Source of the DNA: Tubulanus polymorphus
Taxonomy: Eukaryota > Animalia > Nemertea
Reading direction: 5' to 3'
Assembly: GCF_964204645.1 (NCBI RefSeq)
Contig: NC_134032.1
Coordinates: 248,001-312,000 of the forward strand
Length of the DNA: 64,000 bases
Shown: piece by piece, positions 61,601-64,000 of the stretch
Layout: every line of letters begins with the position of its first letter
How positions within the stretch are numbered: position 1 is the stretch's first letter
Made by a program: the position numbers and the translations under genes
Notes under the pieces: generated by a model
What the model was told of the DNA's origin: nothing
The model's input: only the letters and a program-made list of their open reading frames with translations
Database searches by the model: none

Positions 61601-63463
61601 CGATTTATACACCGCACTGCGGTGTAGATGCACTGAAAGGGTTAAATACTAAGGAAAAATTTTGAATTTGTAATTGAGGGAAGCTGCACTGCGGATTTGC
61701 ATAAACTATGCAAATTATACGAATATAATTTATGCTAATTAGGAATCGAGTGATAGTTTTTAAAATGTTTTGATTCAGGTGCAGTTTACGGTTGGTATCG
61801 ACATCGACGGTCAGATTCATCCGTCCAGTTTCGTCGAGTTGTCGCCACGCGATACGCTCGAAAATCAATATCTGCCGAAAATCGAGGGCGTACTTTATCA
61901 GAACGGCCACACGCGGGCCAGCATCTCGATACTCTCAAACGGCAGTCGATATCAGGTAGATTTCTTTTCCACTTTCCGCTTAGGTTATTGTCATGGATAC
62001 GATTTTGGTGCTCGCGTGTCAAATAAACTAGTTCACCTATAAAGTACTGTTCATACGGACCCAGTTCCACAGTTGTGAGTTAAGATTTGACTCAGAGTTA
62101 ACTCATTGAAAATGAACTAATTTCAACTCAGAGTGAACACTAACTCACGACTGTTGAACTGAATCCTGGTTGTACATATTAAAGTAAACAGGTTAACACA
62201 GCCGCTCTACGAATCTGTTTATGAAATGAGACACTTATATTTGAGATATGGTTTTAGACTTGAGAAGGGTGCTAGAAACCACCCGATATACTTATAGTAA
62301 TTTTGATAAACCTTCGAGTCATTTAACAATTGTTGGATTTTTACATTTATGATTTATTATATAGATATTGTGACCTTAGTGATTCACGATGACAAAAATG
62401 ATTGTTATCAATTACTATTTCACCCAATTGCTATTTCACCCTTCTTGGTCCTAGATACAACTATGAAATAGTCAAATGTTTTTCCTTTTAAGCGCAACTC
62501 ACGATTAGACAAGTAAATTGTATGAAGAGTGAATTGTTTTATGAATTTGTCGGTTTATTTGCAGACGTGTTTTTTGACGCTGCAGTCGGTGCTACGCGAA
62601 CGCGTCTGTCACGTCTCAATTAAAGAGCGATACACGTTGTCCAATCAGACGCCGCGATCGTTCTGTGTGCAAAACTACACGATTCAAAACCAATCAAAAC
62701 CGGTGAGTTTCACAGACCTACACGCCCCCCCCAGTTTCACAAACCCCCACGCCCCCCAGTTTCACAAACCCACATACCCCCAGTTTCACAGACCCCCACA
62801 CCCCCAGTTTCACAGACCCCCACGCCCCCAGTTTCACAAACCAACACTCCACAACTTTATTTCATCTGTTTCCATCAAACAGCTTGTTGAAACAATGAAG
62901 GCGGTCACTTTCCTGGAAATCAGGGAATTTATTTTCTTAGAATAAGTCAGGGAATCTTTTAAGAAAAGCTTAAGATCAGGGATAAGTCTGGGAAATATGT
63001 TTGGATTGCTAGATCACATTTATAATCAAACAGTTCCCGTCTATGTTTTACATATTTGACTGTTTTAATTGATTGAATTCTTATCAGATCAAGTCATGGG
63101 GAACAACGTATGGGTCAGGGAATAGTCAGGAAAGAAGCTCGTCAAATAAAAGTGGTTTCCATGAACAATAAACTTTTAAATATTTCTAAATTTTAGTTTT
63201 CAATCGCGGGATTTCTCACTAATTTCTCTTGTGTTCTTTCTTTCAGATCCGAAGCGAGGAGTTGACGGTTTCGAGTCGTGATATCCGAGGTCACTCGTCG
63301 TTACCGCTAACGTTGTGGTGCAGCGGTCGAACGAACGACGCGGACATCAAAGATCCTCGAGATCTCGTGCTTTATCTACGTTTGAAATCCGATCGTTCGG
63401 CCGATTGGAATTTCCCGTTGAGACTCGATCGAGTGAAGATTCCGTTCGGAGTCGCAGCGCACG
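11953..63463 (+). CDS. VPS13B: Vacuolar protein sorting 13B (COH1) homolog, multi-exon gene span; 3' end lies outside the window
   Basis: The N-terminus MFKLESYITPLLMGYIDKYVKLRPEDMQLSLWGD...SGHIHELRLHVPWTSLGSEPVVITINTIEC is the chorein-N region as recalled for VPS13B. Later VPS13B-type motifs are QGWASWAWSYVP, QNPALEWN, VPCKLQYWD and GQVDTDE...YSWRSHK. 41 exons join in frame (9163 nt). Confidence 0.95.
13413..13674. repeat. 24-bp minisatellite (cttgataggggaggtatccttgct), about 11 copies
   Basis: Perfect tandem copies; source of the spurious 8-aa-repeat ORFs. Confidence 0.97.
13936..14141 (+). CDS. VPS13B: VPS13B coding exon 2
   Basis: tttcag| ... AAG|gtacgt; encodes QGWASWAWSYVP. Confidence 0.92.
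14406..14690 (-). mobile_element. tRNA-derived SINE with CORE-like domain
   Basis: Minus strand: B-box GGTTCAAACC, then gtgtcctcgggcaagacacttatcctcactgcctctctccacccaggagtaaatgggtacc, then (TTA)n tail. Confidence 0.8.
14875..15087 (+). CDS. VPS13B: VPS13B coding exon 3
   Basis: ttccag| ... AAG|gtaaat, phase 0-0. Confidence 0.88.
15422..15662 (+). CDS. VPS13B: VPS13B coding exon 4
   Basis: ttttag| ... GAG|gtaaga, phase 0-1. Confidence 0.88.
16399..16578 (+). CDS. VPS13B: VPS13B coding exon 5
   Basis: ttgcag| ... AAG|gtacgt, phase 1-1. Confidence 0.88.
17052..18034 (+). repeat. 78-bp minisatellite array 1
   Basis: Unit gagggaggatgtgtctactaggacaggggtttgtactgtgacagagtctcatgatgtcatcaggtttgaatccctgct. 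Confidence 0.97.
18054..18226 (+). CDS. VPS13B: VPS13B coding exon 6
   Basis: tttcag| ... AAG|gtaagg, phase 1-0, open frame. Confidence 0.85.
18666..18872 (+). CDS. VPS13B: VPS13B coding exon 7
   Basis: ttccag| ... AAG|gtacgc, phase 0-0. Confidence 0.85.
19334..19452 (+). CDS. VPS13B: VPS13B coding exon 8
   Basis: ttacag| ... TTG|gtaagt, phase 0-2. Confidence 0.85.
20050..20228 (+). CDS. VPS13B: VPS13B coding exon 9
   Basis: ttcaag| ... CAG|gtaagt, phase 2-1. Confidence 0.85.
20490..20705. repeat. ~77-bp tandem repeat, 3 copies
   Basis: gcagtagtagatg..ctactgcacactagcgacacctggtggatcctc repeated. Confidence 0.85.
20791..20925 (+). CDS. VPS13B: VPS13B coding exon 10
   Basis: tgacag| ... CAG|gtaaga, phase 1-1. 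Confidence 0.82.
20967..21434. mobile_element. CAGG-ended MITE with 5-bp TSD
   Basis: gcagt|CAGGTGCGGATCCAG ... CTGGATCCGCGCCTG|gcagt. Confidence 0.82.
23186..25088 (+). CDS. Nested secreted protein: signal peptide, PAN/apple-like domain, Ser/Thr linker, beta-rich C-terminal domain (exons 23186-23512, 24284-24350, possibly 24428-24463, 24520-25088)
   Basis: Signal-like MNAINILLVGVFCLIVADEVFA; PAN cysteine pattern SVVECGADCMNDQKCSAMSFNGGHCYLY; canonical splice sites in compatible phase; AATAAA near 25217 and 25677; lies wholly in VPS13B intron 20926-26266. Confidence 0.8.
25248..25541. mobile_element. piggyBac-type MITE
   Basis: TTAA on both flanks; termini CCCTTTCAGTGC / GCACTGAAAGTG; internal tacaccgcagtgcggtgta palindromes. 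Confidence 0.85.
26267..26446 (+). CDS. VPS13B: VPS13B coding exon 11
   Basis: tttcag| ... CAG|gttagt, phase 1-1. Confidence 0.82.
26560..27245 (+). mobile_element. Penelope-like retroelement remnant: GIY-YIG endonuclease C-terminus with an inverted pLTR at its 5' side
   Basis: SYIGKTKQHLAIRIKEH...SAIGQH...FKIL...REALFI...PFLNQQ; 26736-26800 is the reverse complement of 27183-27245; degenerate hammerhead at 26586-26622 (-). Confidence 0.85.
27434..27580 (+). CDS. VPS13B: VPS13B coding exon 12
   Basis: gctcag| ... AAG|gtaaga, phase 1-1. Confidence 0.85.
27996..28406. repeat. 39-bp minisatellite resembling a MITE terminus
   Basis: ccagttccacagttgtgtgggtttaatttgactctggat, about 10 copies. Confidence 0.92.
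28470..28890. repeat. 75-bp minisatellite, about 5.5 copies
   Basis: atcaggtgaccagctccagccaatcagaagctagggttagggttagtgaccatgtgcttggggctatttgcatat. Confidence 0.95.
28987..29147 (+). CDS. VPS13B: VPS13B coding exon 13
   Basis: ctgtag| ... CAG|gtaaaa, phase 1-0. Confidence 0.82.
29202..29309. mobile_element. Harbinger-type MITE (related copies at 27885-27992 and 62058-62165)
   Basis: CTG|GGTCCAGTTCCACA ... TGTAGAACTGGGTC|CTG. Confidence 0.8.
29869..30091 (+). CDS. VPS13B: VPS13B coding exon 14
   Basis: ttgcag| ... ACG|gtgagt, phase 0-1. Confidence 0.85.
30314..30590. repeat. (CTCTGC)n / CT-rich low-complexity tract
   Basis: Direct observation. Confidence 0.95.
30627..31091 (+). CDS. VPS13B: VPS13B coding exon 15 (TAGTAG acceptor; alternative start 30624)
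   Basis: open frame EKLPWRLEM...HSA; CAG|gtaata, phase 1-1. Confidence 0.85.
31970..32680 (+). repeat. 78-bp minisatellite array 2
   Basis: Same unit and orientation as array 1. Confidence 0.97.
32936..33248. mobile_element. CAGG-ended MITE (related copy at 16598-16866)
   Basis: ctgat|CAGGCCTGTGCC ... GGCACGGGCCTG|ctgac. Confidence 0.75.
33700..33746. repeat. (TA)n microsatellite
   Basis: Direct observation. Confidence 0.95.
34505..34672 (+). CDS. VPS13B: VPS13B coding exon 16
   Basis: ttacag| ... ACG|gtatgt; LSVWLQLTVPKVLLRLY. Confidence 0.85.
35156..35270 (+). CDS. VPS13B: VPS13B coding exon 17
   Basis: ctttag| ... CAG|gtacgt, phase 1-2. Confidence 0.85.
35288..38556 (-). repeat. 78-bp minisatellite array 3 (about 41 units, inverted)
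   Basis: Reverse complement of arrays 1 and 2. Confidence 0.97.
39023..39819 (+). CDS. VPS13B: VPS13B coding exon 18
   Basis: ttgcag| ... CCG|gtgagg; HGFLTFTFT and PGSAVEDRQYQLDV. Confidence 0.9.
40325..40433 (+). CDS. VPS13B: VPS13B coding exon 19
   Basis: ttgtag| ... AGA|gtaagt; QNPALEWN. Confidence 0.88.
41197..42183 (-). CDS. Class A (rhodopsin-like) GPCR, FMRFamide/peptide-receptor-like orphan; single coding exon nested antisense in a VPS13B intron
   Basis: 328-aa ORF with seven hydrophobic segments; TM1 GLVGN, TM2 LAVVD, TM3 C...SVERACIVRFP, TM7 NYALNFYVY. Confidence 0.9.
   Translation of the reverse strand: MLESAATNHTAPSIRHYGLIYLDIRLVHRKHYPTAFIAGSGVNTFLIAAFGLVGNCLIVVLMLTPKFRHQFYAHVFLVLAVVDSGSLVFCILMYVNALSYHLNEMILITIRGGDFVCKFSEGIFAAFKLASPNLLYLASVERACIVRFPFRGPRFWNSRPAKLIWLAFVGVLAGAVIPDAKDALLIEGIGCVQGTDQTVTRAVQVANGLFIPCSIMIVSSTVIVLTLTFDRLEKTRSSMSVSVMVVSTCVLYLILSLPTNVIWMRSWFDPNVHQSQLAFKIADSFIQWNYALNFYVYVLTGREIRDTLRRYLPRCRGSRRNAKTDSSK
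42683..42961. mobile_element. Head-to-tail dimer of a ~138-bp Harbinger-type MITE
   Basis: TIR GGGCCGGTTGCATAGTC; copies separated by CAG, left flank CTG; other copies at 12928 (partial), 13165-13292, 18916 (partial) and 49846-49983. Confidence 0.85.
44120..44278. mobile_element. Harbinger-type MITE
   Basis: CTG flanks; imperfect TIR GGTTTCATAGA / TCTATGAAACC. Confidence 0.7.
44662..44755 (+). CDS. VPS13B: VPS13B coding exon 20
   Basis: atgcag| ... AAG|gtaatt, phase 2-0. Confidence 0.85.
45118..45400. repeat. ~47-bp minisatellite, 6 copies
   Basis: gtttgcatgttaatgatgctgctaggcagaaaacccgttattccaa tandem. Confidence 0.93.
45436..46066 (+). CDS. VPS13B: VPS13B coding exon 21
   Basis: tcacag| ... 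AAG|gtacgt; GYSLEVN, DSGVES, PFLYAYFSQP. Confidence 0.9.
46622..46759 (+). CDS. VPS13B: VPS13B coding exon 22
   Basis: tcgcag| ... AAG|gtaaga; WLQTRPGEPNTKTGIPPSL. Confidence 0.88.
47083..47205. repeat. 21-bp minisatellite with an internal inversion
   Basis: ttcaatgaacatgtctgcatg units, then a mirror around ttcgaa at about 47168. Confidence 0.85.
47287..47421 (+). CDS. VPS13B: VPS13B coding exon 23
   Basis: tcacag| ... CAG|gtaatc, phase 1-1, open frame. Confidence 0.82.
47922..48113 (+). CDS. VPS13B: VPS13B coding exon 24
   Basis: tatcag| ... AAG|gtcggt, phase 1-1, open frame. Confidence 0.8.
48500..48752 (+). mobile_element. Second copy of the CORE-like SINE
   Basis: Same core as 14406-14690; L2-like tail taaagcgctctgag...agcgctttat. 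Confidence 0.8.
48794..49056 (+). CDS. VPS13B: VPS13B coding exon 25
   Basis: ttacag| ... AAA|gtaagt; HFGQEH. Confidence 0.87.
49568..49736 (+). CDS. VPS13B: VPS13B coding exon 26
   Basis: taacag| ... ACG|gtaaaa; DDLRRGTFQY. Confidence 0.87.
49846..49983. mobile_element. Harbinger-type MITE
   Basis: CAG|GGGCCGGTTGC ... GCAACTGGGCC|CTG. Confidence 0.85.
50510..50691 (+). CDS. VPS13B: VPS13B coding exon 27
   Basis: ttccag| ... GGC|gtaagt; MTWCYPDPRMLTYVHVTPVPF. Confidence 0.88.
51161..51396. mobile_element. Palindromic Penelope-pLTR-like insertion with 13-bp TSD
   Basis: accagtctataaa duplicated at 51148-51160 and 51397-51409; long inverted arms; hammerhead core CTGATGA...GAAACGTC inside. 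Confidence 0.72.
51469..51640 (+). CDS. VPS13B: VPS13B coding exon 28
   Basis: ttgtag| ... ATG|gtgagt; VPCKLQYWD. Confidence 0.88.
51737..51974. mobile_element. CAGGGTGGC-type MITE with 5-bp TSD (related pieces at 50069-50344, 53545-53690 and 62900-63165)
   Basis: tctca on both flanks; recurrent tcagggaa subterminal motifs. Confidence 0.65.
52300..52691 (+). mobile_element. 5'-truncated L2/CR1-clade LINE 3' end with (AAT)n tail
   Basis: GLAPKYLQDLL..YSPTRMLRS...GDRAFSVAAPRLWNNLP...FKRSLKTHLF is the typical L2 ORF2 C-terminus, followed by a stem-loop and a long AAT run. Confidence 0.9.
52729..52902 (+). CDS. VPS13B: VPS13B coding exon 29
   Basis: gtttag| ... GAG|gtgaga, phase 1-1. Confidence 0.85.
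53019..53376. mobile_element. PIF/Harbinger-type MITE with ~43-bp TIRs
   Basis: AGCCTAGCGCACATCGACA...CAACTAGTTGC is inverted at the other end; TAA and TTA flanks. Confidence 0.85.
54121..54251 (+). CDS. VPS13B: VPS13B coding exon 30
   Basis: ttgtag| ... CAG|gtattc, phase 1-0. Confidence 0.82.
54891..55001 (+). CDS. VPS13B: VPS13B coding exon 31
   Basis: ttgtag| ... CAG|gtgagc, phase 0-0. Confidence 0.85.
55171..55430. mobile_element. piggyBac-type MITE, same family
   Basis: TTAA|CCCTTTCA ... TGAAAGGG|TTGA. Confidence 0.82.
55521..55721 (+). CDS. VPS13B: VPS13B coding exon 32
   Basis: tttcag| ... CAG|gtgaga; HYLICNDTQDILRIGQ. Confidence 0.88.
55744..56860 (-). ncRNA. Tandem ~167-bp repeat carrying 8 minimal type I hammerhead ribozyme motifs (Penelope pLTR / retrozyme-like)
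   Basis: Minus strand reads UAUUC-CUGAAGA-U-GACUAU-UAGGAU-AUAGUC-GAAAC-GUU-GAAUA; copies start (+ coordinates) at 55831, 55996, 56163, 56232, 56301, 56468, 56636 and 56803. Confidence 0.75.
57068..57145 (+). CDS. VPS13B: VPS13B coding exon 33
   Basis: ttgcag| ... CCT|gtgcgt; VDTDE...YSWRSHK. Confidence 0.88.
57185..57385. repeat. 60-bp tandem repeat, about 3.3 copies
   Basis: tcagcgggttgaggcgaacaagacacctcaaatctgctagtaataccatgagtggagc. Confidence 0.92.
57707..57862 (+). CDS. VPS13B: VPS13B coding exon 34
   Basis: gcacag| ... CAG|gtaatt, phase 0-0. Confidence 0.85.
58409..58723 (+). CDS. VPS13B: VPS13B coding exon 35
   Basis: ttccag| ... ATT|gtaagt, phase 0-0. Confidence 0.87.
58753..58859. 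mobile_element. Harbinger-type MITE (partial second copy at about 10070-10157)
   Basis: TIR GGCCCAGTTTCACAAAA; CTG on both flanks. Confidence 0.85.
59197..59372 (+). CDS. VPS13B: VPS13B coding exon 36
   Basis: ctatag| ... GAG|gtaatt; SPVYVMKSRLP. Confidence 0.85.
59535..59796. mobile_element. CAGG-ended MITE
   Basis: cctcg|CAGGCGCAGATC ... GATCTGCGCCTG|cctca. Confidence 0.78.
60086..60217 (+). CDS. VPS13B: VPS13B coding exon 37
   Basis: tttcag| ... GAA|gtaagt, phase 2-2. Confidence 0.8.
60484..60690 (+). mobile_element. Probable tRNA-headed SINE of a different family
   Basis: A-box-like TGGACGAGCGG, B-box GGTTCAAACC, A-rich end. Confidence 0.5.
61045..61276 (+). CDS. VPS13B: VPS13B coding exon 38
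   Basis: ctttag| ... GTC|gtacgt; PWCLIHN. Confidence 0.85.
61332..61641. mobile_element. piggyBac-type MITE, same family (further partial copies at about 15770-16335, 18279-18572 and 49110-49330)
   Basis: TTAA|CCCTTTC ... GAAAGGG|TTAA. Confidence 0.85.
61779..61955 (+). CDS. VPS13B: VPS13B coding exon 39
   Basis: attcag| ... CAG|gtagat, phase 0-0. Confidence 0.82.
62565..62702 (+). CDS. VPS13B: VPS13B coding exon 40
   Basis: ttgcag| ... CCG|gtgagt, phase 0-0. Confidence 0.82.
62705..62845. repeat. ~24-bp minisatellite directly after an exon donor
   Basis: cccagtttcacagacccccacgcc-like units. Confidence 0.88.
63247..63463 (+). CDS. VPS13B: VPS13B coding exon 41 (last in window)
   Basis: tttcag| ... 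ACG|gtacgt, phase 0-1. Confidence 0.78.
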
Positions 63464-63609
63464 GTACGTCCGTCTGCCTCGGGACTTGTCTCCATTCATA
63501 TATCACCTTCCCCAATGAGGAGTCCCTTTTTGTCAACACAGAAATCATTCAAACTTGTTAATTTGGCGATCATCCTTTTTGGTGTCAGAGTGATGGCACT
63601 ATTCTGGAC

Positions 63610-63873
63610 CAGGGGCGAATTTAGACCTTGTCGACCGTGCCTTTTTATTTTTTCTCTGTATCAAAATTTGCCGTTGTAAAACCACCCGAGATACACAATA
63701 GATATTTTTCCTAAATATATAACCTATGTTTCTTGACTAAATGCCTCTCAGAGATGCTCCAGAAAACTCCAAAATGATTGTAAAATTTCAAAAATTTTGC
63801 TGATATGCCTTTCCGCCCTAAATTAAGAATATATGCCCTTTTTATTGGTCGACATGGTCACAACATGCCCCTG
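63610..63873. mobile_element. CAGG-ended MITE with 5-bp TSD
   Basis: tggac|CAGGGGC ... GCCCCTG|tggac. Confidence 0.75.
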
Positions 63874-64000
63874 TGGACCAAGACTTGTTGCTATAATTTC
63901 AAGCTTGATCACATGGAAATATCAGGGAAGCTCAGGGAATTCGGATGATGCTATGAGGGCCATGTGTTTCTTTATCAGTACGTGATGTGATAAAAAATGA

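Overview
Animal (invertebrate-type) genomic DNA with AT-rich introns and CpG-rich exons. Most of the window (11953 to beyond 64000, + strand) is the 5' three-quarters of a VPS13B (COH1) gene. I traced 41 phase-compatible GT-AG coding exons, about 3050 codons, and the gene runs off the right edge. Two genes are nested in its introns: a same-strand secreted PAN/apple-domain protein gene (23186-25088) and an antisense single-exon class A GPCR (41197-42183). Upstream is a 6.5-kb array of 28 tandem ~238-bp units, each shaped like a small intron plus a non-coding exon. The introns carry PIF/Harbinger-type, piggyBac-type and 5-bp-TSD MITEs, CORE-like SINEs, an L2 3' end, a Penelope-like GIY-YIG remnant and many minisatellites. 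The most striking hidden signal is a set of minimal hammerhead ribozyme motifs, mostly antisense to VPS13B. It includes an 8-copy tandem array (55744-56860) resembling a Penelope-derived or retrozyme-like RNA. All calls were made by eye; no searches were run.
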